Positions 50,509 through 59,411 of a DNA stretch of 64,000 bases are shown in pieces. A model generated the notes under the pieces. It worked only from the letters and a program-made list of their open reading frames with translations. It was not told where the DNA came from and did no database searches. Each line of letters begins with the position of its first letter. The first letter of the stretch is position 1. Origin of the DNA: Candidatus Hodarchaeota archaeon (lineage in GTDB: Archaea; Asgardarchaeota; Heimdallarchaeia; Hodarchaeales; Hodarchaeaceae). Made by a program: the position numbers and the translations under genes. The DNA lies in assembly GCA_016840035.1 (NCBI GenBank), contig JAEOTC010000068.1:25186-89185 (forward strand), read 5' to 3'.

Positions 50509-51360
50509 TTGGGAAAACAGATAATAAGCCTTCCTAAGCAACTTTATCGACAAGGAGAACTCATTCAAGTAAGAATCCAATACTCACCGTCAGATTTTCC
50601 TATCCAGAAATGTGATATCAAATTAATTGGAAAAGAGAAAGTAGAATTCACCTTCCAATCTTTTACAGGTAAAAAAGGATTTCAACCAATTTGGGGTCTA
50701 TTACTTCCGAGTAAACATTTTTATCAGGAAACCATTTTTTTAGATGAGCCCGTTGAGCTCGAGATATCGGGAAAAAGTCATGATGTAGCTGAAATCGAAA
50801 TCCCCCTCAATGCCATACCTTCGTATTACGGAGAAAATGGAAAAGTAACATATTTTGTTCAAGTACGGTATGAAAGTATGACAAGAGTTGAAAAGAAAGG
50901 TGAAGTCCAAATTCTGATCGACTCAGACTATCAAACCAAAAAACAACGAGATACAGTTAATATAGGGTCAGGAAGTATAGTAATTGACCATCTAAGTCCC
51001 TTACTTATTAATCAGGAAAACCGCATTTTAATCAATACAGAGGAAATAAAGACCCCTATTCGATTGATGTTGACAGGACAAGAAACGGTGACAGCATCAG
51101 GTGTTACAATTAATAATCCAGTTAAAGAAGTTCCACTTGGGCAATTTTTTTCAAAGGAAGACATTACTGACTTTCAAATGAAGTTTATCATCCCATCAGG
51201 ATATCAACAGAGTTTCGAGGGGCTGCATACACGACTTGAATACTCAATAGAGGTTCAGTCGGTACATTTGCTATCTCGATTTGGGATTAAACGCGAAAAA
51301 ATTCGGACAATCTCCCGAATACCAGTCCGTGTAGAAGAAGGAACGCAAATTAATCAATAG
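50509..51360 (+). CDS. Arrestin/Vps26/SpoOM-fold protein (two beta-sandwich repeats)
   Basis: Y..GE.I.V...IKLIGKE...IP...IPSYYG..GKVTY.V.V, repeated as L.GQE...FIIP....QSFEG....LEY.IEV. Confidence 0.65.
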   Translation: MGKQIISLPKQLYRQGELIQVRIQYSPSDFPIQKCDIKLIGKEKVEFTFQSFTGKKGFQPIWGLLLPSKHFYQETIFLDEPVELEISGKSHDVAEIEIPLNAIPSYYGENGKVTYFVQVRYESMTRVEKKGEVQILIDSDYQTKKQRDTVNIGSGSIVIDHLSPLLINQENRILINTEEIKTPIRLMLTGQETVTASGVTINNPVKEVPLGQFFSKEDITDFQMKFIIPSGYQQSFEGLHTRLEYSIEVQSVHLLSRFGIKREKIRTISRIPVRVEEGTQINQ

Positions 51361-51406
51361 ATTCGATTCCTTGCGTAGTCCAAACGCTAAGTGAAAAAAA
51401 TGACTC

Positions 51407-51895
51407 TTGCGACACATTAAAAATAGAAATGCAAAGATATTGGTTTACATGTTACGACGAGAATTAGAACCTATCTTAGATGACATCATTAATTGGAGCA
51501 TAAGAATAATTGGAATTAGTGTCGTAATCTCAATTTTAAGTATTTTTATCACTGTAGATTTATCGGAATCCAGTACCTCATTTATTGAGATTTTTATCCT
51601 ATCTGTCAGTAATTTTTCATTTTTTCTTGGCATGCTCGCAATCTGTGCTGGATTGTTAATAGTATTTTTCAAAAGACCTGAAGGATCAGGTTCTTCCATA
51701 AGAAACAAAGAGGAGTTTATACCAATATATAAGAAAGGACGAAGAAAAACTCCTGTTTCTCAATTAGAGAAGAAAATTCATTCAAACTCTAAAACATCTT
51801 CCAAGCGTGATCTAAAATTAATACTTAGTGGTATTATCTCAGTTGCATTTGCAATAATTATATGGATTGGCTACTCGGTTATTATTCTGATCTGA
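51407..51895 (+). CDS. Three-TM membrane protein with basic cytoplasmic loop
   Basis: Hydrophobicity pattern. Confidence 0.65.
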   Translation: MRHIKNRNAKILVYMLRRELEPILDDIINWSIRIIGISVVISILSIFITVDLSESSTSFIEIFILSVSNFSFFLGMLAICAGLLIVFFKRPEGSGSSIRNKEEFIPIYKKGRRKTPVSQLEKKIHSNSKTSSKRDLKLILSGIISVAFAIIIWIGYSVIILI

Positions 51896-51905
51896 TTCCT
51901 TGTGT

Positions 51906-52655
51906 TTAAGGTTGGAATAACGAAAAGGCAATCAATACTGGAAGAGGAGCAAGGCATAAGGCAATGAGAATCGCATAGGCGTTTCTAAGATCTTTATTCC
52001 TGTTGAAAAATAAATAAATAGATACAATTGACTTTTCCAAAAATAAAATCAAAAGGTAATTGTGAAGAACAGAATCTAATAAAGTAATTGCACGCAATTC
52101 TAGTTCTTCACCATTAAATCTAGTATGCCAAGGTGAGATAGGTTCAAGACCAGAATCTAGAATTGATAATACACTTCCATCATCGAACTCGACTTCTACC
52201 CAAGCATGCCATTTACCGATAAGTACATAACTATCGTACCCTCTTAAAATAAGAAGTGAACATGCTACAATTGCTAGTCCATCACAATCATCTGATCCGC
52301 TTTTTAAAACCTCTGAAATACTTGGCCGGTAATCCCAGGACAAATAATTTATGATATCTTCGTTATATGTTATTCGTTGGCGTATAAACCTGCCTACAGC
52401 GTAAACTTCTAATGCCTCAGGATCAGTTGGGTATGAAGACAGAGCTAAGAAATCATTCGCAAAGTAGTATTCAAACTCATAATTTAAAACCTGAATTTGA
52501 GGATCTTGGGGTTGAATTGAATCTGTAAGAGCAATTCGATGATTTACCTGATCAGACCAAGCAAGGGGATTGGGTGTAAACCCTGTGAATAGATAAATTA
52601 TAGTAAGGAGTCCTGCAACAAGTAGTTCTTTATGTGAAATAATTCGAGGACTCAT
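51906..52655 (-). CDS. Membrane-anchored transglutaminase-like (Cys-His) domain protein
   Basis: GSDDCDGLA...SLL...G, HAWVEV; N- and C-terminal hydrophobic helices. Confidence 0.8.
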   Translation of the reverse strand: MSPRIISHKELLVAGLLTIIYLFTGFTPNPLAWSDQVNHRIALTDSIQPQDPQIQVLNYEFEYYFANDFLALSSYPTDPEALEVYAVGRFIRQRITYNEDIINYLSWDYRPSISEVLKSGSDDCDGLAIVACSLLILRGYDSYVLIGKWHAWVEVEFDDGSVLSILDSGLEPISPWHTRFNGEELELRAITLLDSVLHNYLLILFLEKSIVSIYLFFNRNKDLRNAYAILIALCLAPLPVLIAFSLFQP

Positions 52656-52877
52656 TGTTAATACTTCTTAGGATTAAAATTATTAAAATCTTCTTAAGCG
52701 AAATAATGATCTTTTTGTCTAAATGTCTGTCATTTCATCTAATAGCTTAGAAATCTATATCAATCTTTATCTTAGTGCAATCTGTTCGGAAAGGAAACTA
52801 TTTCCATATAATTTATATTAATTTCTTCGTTTGTGAAGTAAACGGAATATTCCTATTTGGAACAACCAATAATAATG

Positions 52878-54881
52878 CTATTGAACACGGTTACCCTTTT
52901 CATCCTCGGAGTTGTCTTTCTCAAGAATTTGGGTCACATTTTCAGCTGCTTTTTTCCTTGATGCGATAAATCGATCTTTGGAAATTTGATCTAATCGATC
53001 AACCATAGGTTGTGTCAATAAAGTCCTTGAAGGTATACTCTCCTGTAGAGTGTGAACTTTTCCCTGATAATAAACTGTTGTGAGGAAAAAGAAAAGCATT
53101 CCGATAAAAAATAATGGGAGAATATCATAATGTTCTGGTTTACTTTGAAAGCGGTTTAAACTACTATCAAAACTCAAGAGATCTATGTAAAAATCTTTTG
53201 TTAAAGAATATGCAGCCCTATAATTCATCTTATTGTACTCATTGAGGATGTCGTTATATGAAGCGTTCAAATACAGGAGATAGGTTTGAAGATTAGGATT
53301 ATAGGTTATGGAGTCAATTCTCTGATATGCATTATTAATTTTGAATAAAGATGCTTGAAGTAATGTATCGATTTGTCCACGTTGGATATTATCCTTTGCA
53401 AAAATACTAAACTTCGAAGCATGAGTATAATAAGTCATAGGATCATTTACGAAATTTCCAATCATCCCAAATTGAAACGGATGCATTAAAGCAATTTGAT
53501 GTCCAAGCTCATGAATTATAGTTTGGGTTAATCCTTGTAAGGGTTGAGGATTCGATCGATTATTTCCATATGTCAAACCATAGTCGTGACTGATGATGGT
53601 TAATGGAATATCATTTGTACCTCTTAATGCGATTCCTAAAAGGCCTGGTTCCATCTTCGCCTTTTCTGGAATAGCGAAAGTCGCATTGTCAAACAAAAAA
53701 GCGAATGTTTGAAAATGAGAGGTATAAAACGCTTTATATTCCTGTTCAAAATAACGAGAAGATTCTGTATAAAGTTTATAGTACATTGGTAAGAGATCTA
53801 CAGAATATTCCCAACGTGAATTTTTATTAAATTCTCCCCAATGGACTGTTGAATCTTGAACTTCATTGTAAAGATCTGGTATATCAGAAAGGTTAACAAA
53901 TCTGACTGAAGCTTCAATATTATACCATGGAAGTATATCTCTAAACACTTCTTCAATGAGGGTGGTGTTAACAGTCCAATCAAGATCTGATGTTGGAATT
54001 CCAGTTAAGTTGTTGAGGACTAGAATGTCGAATGCATAGTGAAGTCCTGTATCGAAGTCACCCATAGGGGTTAAAGGTTTATAAACAAAATCCTGAACCC
54101 AGAGGTTTCTCTCAATTTCATATATCCATTCAGCGAGATATTCTGCTAGTCTATTTCGTCCATATGGAGTATTAAGATTATATAATGATGTCAACTCTTG
54201 AATGGTACTATTCTGTCCACTATCTCGTAGGACATAAGAATCTGCTGATAGATCAAGGTAATACAATCTTTCTTGATTCCCATATCCGATCATATAGTTC
54301 CGCCCAAAAGGAGCACCAGAATCTGGATCGATATATGTCTCATTATACCAATGCTGTTTGTATTCTGTATCATCGAGATTAGAGAAATTTCCTATTATTA
54401 GGCTATATCCAGGGATAGGAACTTCCCCCGTCAGTTGACCATAATTATCAGCTAACCATTCAAGAGTATCACTGGCCGAGATATATTTTCCTGTGTCGCT
54501 AGTGCCATCAGAATGGTTTATAGTGTCTGGTATAGCAGTGGCATTCAAGAATGTAAAAAATGAGGTGTCAAAATTAGTGGGAGCGAGTTCATAAGTATGA
54601 TTTACAAAGAATAGTTTTTCAGTGTAGTCTTGATCGAAATAACTATACACATTTTGTTCAAGCAGTGATTCAGCAAGAGGATTTTGAGGAGTACCAAGAA
54701 TGGAGCTCATAATGGCGTGATCGAATCCTGTGAATATAATTCTCGATCTTATTGTACTTGATTGGTAAGGAAAATTAGGTATAGTATAATAATCAGCTGC
54801 AACTGGGGTAATATCGATTGTAGCATTAATCAATATTAGAAGAAGGCCTATAAATACAATTTTTTTTCGATTTGAATTCAT
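52878..54881 (-). CDS. Secreted, membrane-anchored zinc metalloprotease (metzincin-like)
   Basis: Signal peptide from Met 54881; HELGHQIALMHP; Met-turn DPMTY; C-terminal TM helix. Confidence 0.8.
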   Translation of the reverse strand: MNSNRKKIVFIGLLLILINATIDITPVAADYYTIPNFPYQSSTIRSRIIFTGFDHAIMSSILGTPQNPLAESLLEQNVYSYFDQDYTEKLFFVNHTYELAPTNFDTSFFTFLNATAIPDTINHSDGTSDTGKYISASDTLEWLADNYGQLTGEVPIPGYSLIIGNFSNLDDTEYKQHWYNETYIDPDSGAPFGRNYMIGYGNQERLYYLDLSADSYVLRDSGQNSTIQELTSLYNLNTPYGRNRLAEYLAEWIYEIERNLWVQDFVYKPLTPMGDFDTGLHYAFDILVLNNLTGIPTSDLDWTVNTTLIEEVFRDILPWYNIEASVRFVNLSDIPDLYNEVQDSTVHWGEFNKNSRWEYSVDLLPMYYKLYTESSRYFEQEYKAFYTSHFQTFAFLFDNATFAIPEKAKMEPGLLGIALRGTNDIPLTIISHDYGLTYGNNRSNPQPLQGLTQTIIHELGHQIALMHPFQFGMIGNFVNDPMTYYTHASKFSIFAKDNIQRGQIDTLLQASLFKINNAYQRIDSITYNPNLQTYLLYLNASYNDILNEYNKMNYRAAYSLTKDFYIDLLSFDSSLNRFQSKPEHYDILPLFFIGMLFFFLTTVYYQGKVHTLQESIPSRTLLTQPMVDRLDQISKDRFIASRKKAAENVTQILEKDNSEDEKGNRVQ

Positions 54882-55110
54882 TTTGGGTACACACCAATTC
54901 TTGGTGAATAAATTTTCTCTTTTATCTGAATCTGAGATACCATGAAGGTTGTTACAGAAAATCTTTGGAATATGAAAAGTTTCACTGATCTGGCAGGATA
55001 ATCTTAGCTCGATGACTGCTTCAACTAGTACCAATGTTCACCAAAAAAGGAGTGAAAGAAAAACTCGTGTGAGTTAAAGAGTTTTCTAAGGTTTTTATCC
55101 TGACATTTCA

Positions 55111-56115
55111 CTAGTAGCTGTAGTCTGAACCTCCTAATGGGAAGTGACATGCAATGAAGTGATCTGGAGCAATTTCTTCCAATGGAGGGTCTTCTCGTGA
55201 ACAAATACCCTTCGCATACATGCATCTAGGAGAGAACCGACATCCAGGGGGTGGGAAGATAGGACTAGGGACATCTCCACGGAGAACAAGTCGATCCATC
55301 TTTCTCTGAAGATCTAAACTTGGAACAGCTGAAATTAATGCTTCGGTATACGGATGGGCAAAATTACGGAAGAGTTCCTCAGTTGGAGCTTTTTCGACAA
55401 TTTTTCCAACATACATTACAGCAACTTCTTGTGTTAAATGCCGAACAACTCCCAGATCGTGCGCCACAACTAGATAGGTTAGACTAAATTCCTTCTGAAG
55501 ATCTTGAAGGAGATTCAGTATTTGTGCTTGAATTGATACATCTAGCGCTGATACAGGTTCATCGGCAACAACAAATTTTGGATTCAGTGCTAGGGCGCGA
55601 GCGACTCCAATTCTTTGACGCTGTCCCCCGGAAAACTCATGGGGAAAACGATAGTAATGGTCAGGAGCAAGTCCTACTGTCTTAAGGAGGTTAAACACGA
55701 TTTCTGACCGTTCAGTTGCATTTGCAACTCCATGAACCTCTAGAGGTTCACCGATTATGTCTCCTACACTCATTCGTGGGTCTAAAGAGGAATAGGGGTC
55801 TTGGAAAATAATCTGCATATCTTTTCTTAATCGTCTAAGTTTTCGTCCTCGAAGCCGAGTTATATCCTGTTCTTCAAATATGATTTGACCTTCAGTAGCA
55901 TTATATAACCTTAAAATACATCGTGCAGTAGTAGTTTTACCACAACCTGATTCTCCTACAAGACCAAGGGTGCTTCCTCTTTTGATTTTAAAGCTTACAT
56001 CATCCACAGCTCTTAGTGTGAGAGTATCAGAAGAAAAGAGGCCTTTTGATACTTCAAAGTACATTTTTAAGTTATTTACTTCAAGTATTGTTTCTGGTTC
56101 CATAGTTGTTTTCAC
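55111..56115 (-). CDS. Oligo/dipeptide ABC transporter ATPase (OppF/DppF)
   Basis: GESGCGKT, FSGGQRQR, DEPVSALD, C-terminal Cys motif. Confidence 0.95.
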   Translation of the reverse strand: MKTTMEPETILEVNNLKMYFEVSKGLFSSDTLTLRAVDDVSFKIKRGSTLGLVGESGCGKTTTARCILRLYNATEGQIIFEEQDITRLRGRKLRRLRKDMQIIFQDPYSSLDPRMSVGDIIGEPLEVHGVANATERSEIVFNLLKTVGLAPDHYYRFPHEFSGGQRQRIGVARALALNPKFVVADEPVSALDVSIQAQILNLLQDLQKEFSLTYLVVAHDLGVVRHLTQEVAVMYVGKIVEKAPTEELFRNFAHPYTEALISAVPSLDLQRKMDRLVLRGDVPSPIFPPPGCRFSPRCMYAKGICSREDPPLEEIAPDHFIACHFPLGGSDYSY

Positions 56116-56117
56116 TC

Positions 56118-57098
56118 CTAGCTATATAGATGACATGATACAAGATGTCCTGGTTCAAATTCGAATGTTTCTGGATATGCTTCTCGACATTTGGACATTG
56201 CTTTTGAGCAACGAGGATGAAAAGGACAACCTGTGGGAGGATTGATTAAGTCAGGTACATCTCCTGGAATTGGTACAAGACGCTCGCGTCTCTGTGAGAT
56301 TTTCGGTATTGATGCATGTAGTCCAAGAGTGTAAGGATGCTTTGGATTCTCAAAAATGTGTTCAACCAGGCCGAACTCGACAATTCTCCCTGCGTACATA
56401 ACTGCGACTTTTTGACACAGCTCTACAACTAATCCTAAATTGTGAGTAATTAGGATGAGTGATGTCTGAATCTCTTCCATCAAGTTTGCCATGATTTCTA
56501 AAATCTGGGCTTGAATGGTAACATCTAAAGCTGTGGTCGGTTCATCGGCAATCAGTAGGCTTGGATTGCAGGAAAGTGCCATCGCAATTCCAACTCGTTG
56601 GCGCATTCCACCACTGAGCTGATGAGGGTAGTTTTCAACTCGATCTCGTGGATTAGGGAGACTCACCAAACTGAAATAGTCAATGACTTTTTCTAATATT
56701 TCATGTTTTGTTAGATTTTGATGTAGCGCAATTGCCTCAGAAACCTGCTCTCCAACAGTTAGAACTGGATTGAGAGAGGTCATAGGATCTTGGAAAATCA
56801 TTGAAATTCGATTTCCACGAATTGCACGCATTTCAGCAGTTGAAATCTGATTAGAACCTAAGAGTTCAATTCCATCAAACTCAACAACCCCGCTCTCAAT
56901 CTTCCCCGGGGGTGAAGGTATCAATCGCATTAGTGAGAGAGCAGAGACACTTTTTCCACAGCCTGATTCACCGACAAGACCTAGGCTTTCACTACGATTT
57001 ATCGAGTAAGTTACTCCATTAACCGCTTTTACTACACCTTTCTTAGTATAGAAATATGTTCTAAGATCATTGACATCAAGTAAAGTTCCAGTTGCCAT
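56118..57098 (-). CDS. Oligo/dipeptide ABC transporter ATPase (OppD/DppD)
   Basis: [24 protein letters not shown]. Confidence 0.95.
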   Translation of the reverse strand: MATGTLLDVNDLRTYFYTKKGVVKAVNGVTYSINRSESLGLVGESGCGKSVSALSLMRLIPSPPGKIESGVVEFDGIELLGSNQISTAEMRAIRGNRISMIFQDPMTSLNPVLTVGEQVSEAIALHQNLTKHEILEKVIDYFSLVSLPNPRDRVENYPHQLSGGMRQRVGIAMALSCNPSLLIADEPTTALDVTIQAQILEIMANLMEEIQTSLILITHNLGLVVELCQKVAVMYAGRIVEFGLVEHIFENPKHPYTLGLHASIPKISQRRERLVPIPGDVPDLINPPTGCPFHPRCSKAMSKCREAYPETFEFEPGHLVSCHLYS

Positions 57099-57103
57099 AG
57101 TGA

Positions 57104-58087
57104 TTACACATCCGTTGTTCGTGGATCTAAAACGTCACGAAGCCAATCTCCAATCAGATTAAATCCTAAAACGACAATAAATATTGCGAATCCAGGCCAA
57201 AACATAACATGAGGAGCATGGAAGAAGTATAAACGAGCACTGTTCATATCACCACCCCAGTCTGGCTGTCCTGGGCGTGCACCCAAACCAATAAAACTAA
57301 GGCCAGCTGTACTCATTATTGCTCCACCAATCCCCATTGTTGCATAAACCAGAACAATAGGGAATACATTTGGAAGGATATGTTTCCGAATAATCCGTAC
57401 CTCGTTCGAACCTGTTGCTCGTGCTGCTTCAATGAAATCCATTTCTCTAACAGAAAGGACCGATCCACGAAGGATTCGCGCATAACCTGGGATGCCCATA
57501 AAACCTACAAAAAACATGGCTATAAACAAGGTATACCTTCCTGCAGGGTTCCAAGGTTGATCGCTGAGCGCAGCCACAATTATAAGCAGCATGAAGAAAC
57601 TTGGAATTGACATCCACGCATCAACTACTCGCATTAGGATATTATCTACTGTTCCACCAAGATATCCAGAAACAGAGCCTAACAATATCCCTCCAAACAA
57701 GCCCACAGTTATTGATAACACACCCGCAAATAATGCACTCCGTGCTCCATAGATAATTCTTGATAAAATATCTTCTCCAGCCCAATTAGTTCCAAGGATT
57801 AAAGGAAAAGTTTTATTGTCCGCAAACGTTTGATCGCCTGTTACCGTTGTCAAGGGTTCGGCAAATTGGGGCATTCCGTCCCAATAATCATCCTGGGTTG
57901 GATGATAAGGAGCGATCACTTCTCCAAATACTGCTGTGATTAGAAAGAGTACGACAATAATGAAACCAATTGTAGCAGTCCAGTTACCTAATAAAGACCG
58001 AAAATATGCCCAGAGACGATTACGAAATCGTCTGTCACGTTTTACTTGCCTTACCAGTTCGTCTTGTGTTTTTGTACTGATTTCCAT
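57104..58087 (-). CDS. Oligo/dipeptide ABC permease (OppC/DppC)
   Basis: LGT...G.DI.SR..YGAR, EAARATG, LSFIGLG. Confidence 0.95.
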   Translation of the reverse strand: MEISTKTQDELVRQVKRDRRFRNRLWAYFRSLLGNWTATIGFIIVVLFLITAVFGEVIAPYHPTQDDYWDGMPQFAEPLTTVTGDQTFADNKTFPLILGTNWAGEDILSRIIYGARSALFAGVLSITVGLFGGILLGSVSGYLGGTVDNILMRVVDAWMSIPSFFMLLIIVAALSDQPWNPAGRYTLFIAMFFVGFMGIPGYARILRGSVLSVREMDFIEAARATGSNEVRIIRKHILPNVFPIVLVYATMGIGGAIMSTAGLSFIGLGARPGQPDWGGDMNSARLYFFHAPHVMFWPGFAIFIVVLGFNLIGDWLRDVLDPRTTDV

Positions 58088-58105
58088 GCTAAGAACCTCG
58101 TTAGT

Positions 58106-59110
58106 TTAACCATATCGAATTCGGGGATCAAGAAATGCATAAGCCACATCTACAACAATGTTCATAATAATTAGTAAGGCCGAGCTAAAGAGAACTACAG
58201 CCATAATGACTGGATAATTACGTGCGACTAGGGCGTCATAACCATACCTTCCCATACCAGGCCACATGAATATCGTTTCCATTATGACCGCTCCGCCGAA
58301 TAACCCAGCTAAGCTTAACCCAATAACGGTCACAACGGGTATTAATGCATTTTTTAGAGCATGTTTGTAGATGACTACTTTTTCTGCTAAACCTTTTGAA
58401 CGTGCTGTAACAATGTAGTCTTGTCGGATAACCTCGAGCATACTAGATCGGGTAATTCGTGCATAGAATCCAGCAGACGAAATCCCCATTGCCACTCCAG
58501 GAATTATTAGCCTACCAATTGGATTTGCATTCGGTCGCCACCCCGGAGTAATAAATCCTCCATGAAGTGATAGCATATCGATTGCAATTATTTGTATCAA
58601 TATAAAAGCGAGCCAATAACCCGGAGTTGAGTATAGGGTTAAAGTGACAAATACTAAGAAACGATCCGTTTTTTGATTATGCTTAATTGCAGAAATTATC
58701 CCTACAATAATCCCTGTAGCTGTGGCAAACAATAGACCTGTTATCGAAAGCTGGAGCGTTGCGGGAAATCTTGCCACCATCTCTTCTACAATAGGGTTTC
58801 CAGTAACCCAATTCGTTCCAAAATCACCTACTGCCAAATGAGCTAGCCAGATTAAGTATTGAATCCAAATAGGTTTGTCTAAACCTAGTTCTCTCCTTAT
58901 CCGTAAGTAATTTTCTTCTCTTTCTTCGAAGTCTTCTTGTGATTGCTCTCGACCCCTTTCAAAACTTGGGTTCAGCTGCCCACCGAAAATTAGAACAGCG
59001 GGATCACCAACTGCTAAGGTAGCAGAAGAGTAAGTAATCATTGTTATAACAATTAAAAGTATAGGTGCAAGCAACAATCGTTTTAGAATATATCCTTTAA
59101 GTCCTGCCAT
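58106..59110 (-). CDS. Oligo/dipeptide ABC permease (OppB/DppB)
   Basis: LGLDKP..QY, TARSKGL, ETIF.WPG.G, LDPRIR. Confidence 0.95.
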   Translation of the reverse strand: MAGLKGYILKRLLLAPILLIVITMITYSSATLAVGDPAVLIFGGQLNPSFERGREQSQEDFEEREENYLRIRRELGLDKPIWIQYLIWLAHLAVGDFGTNWVTGNPIVEEMVARFPATLQLSITGLLFATATGIIVGIISAIKHNQKTDRFLVFVTLTLYSTPGYWLAFILIQIIAIDMLSLHGGFITPGWRPNANPIGRLIIPGVAMGISSAGFYARITRSSMLEVIRQDYIVTARSKGLAEKVVIYKHALKNALIPVVTVIGLSLAGLFGGAVIMETIFMWPGMGRYGYDALVARNYPVIMAVVLFSSALLIIMNIVVDVAYAFLDPRIRYG

Positions 59111-59382
59111 TTGATTCTCATTCCTTTAAATGGTTGGTAGCCCACCTACCATTAGCTTGAAGTTCCTCTCAATCTTATACCTTGAAAGACAACGACGCGG
59201 TGCTTTCTGTTAATTGATGTGGAACGTGGACTGGTTGGTTATTGCCACTAACCAAAAATATTTAACAACCCATTGATAATTAGAAAAAAGCTCTACATAG
59301 TGATTTTTTATATCTCGCTTATCAGAAAATTGATAGTGATAACTAGCGAAAATATACTAGGTCTTAATTTAATATCAACATG

Positions 59383-59400
59383 AAAAAAAAAGAAAGGGGG
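59383..59400 (-). terminator. Probable U-rich archaeal terminator after the substrate-binding gene
   Basis: Minus-strand CCCCCTTTCTTTTTTTTT 11 nt after the stop codon. Confidence 0.55.
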
Positions 59401-59411
59401 ATGGGTTTGAA

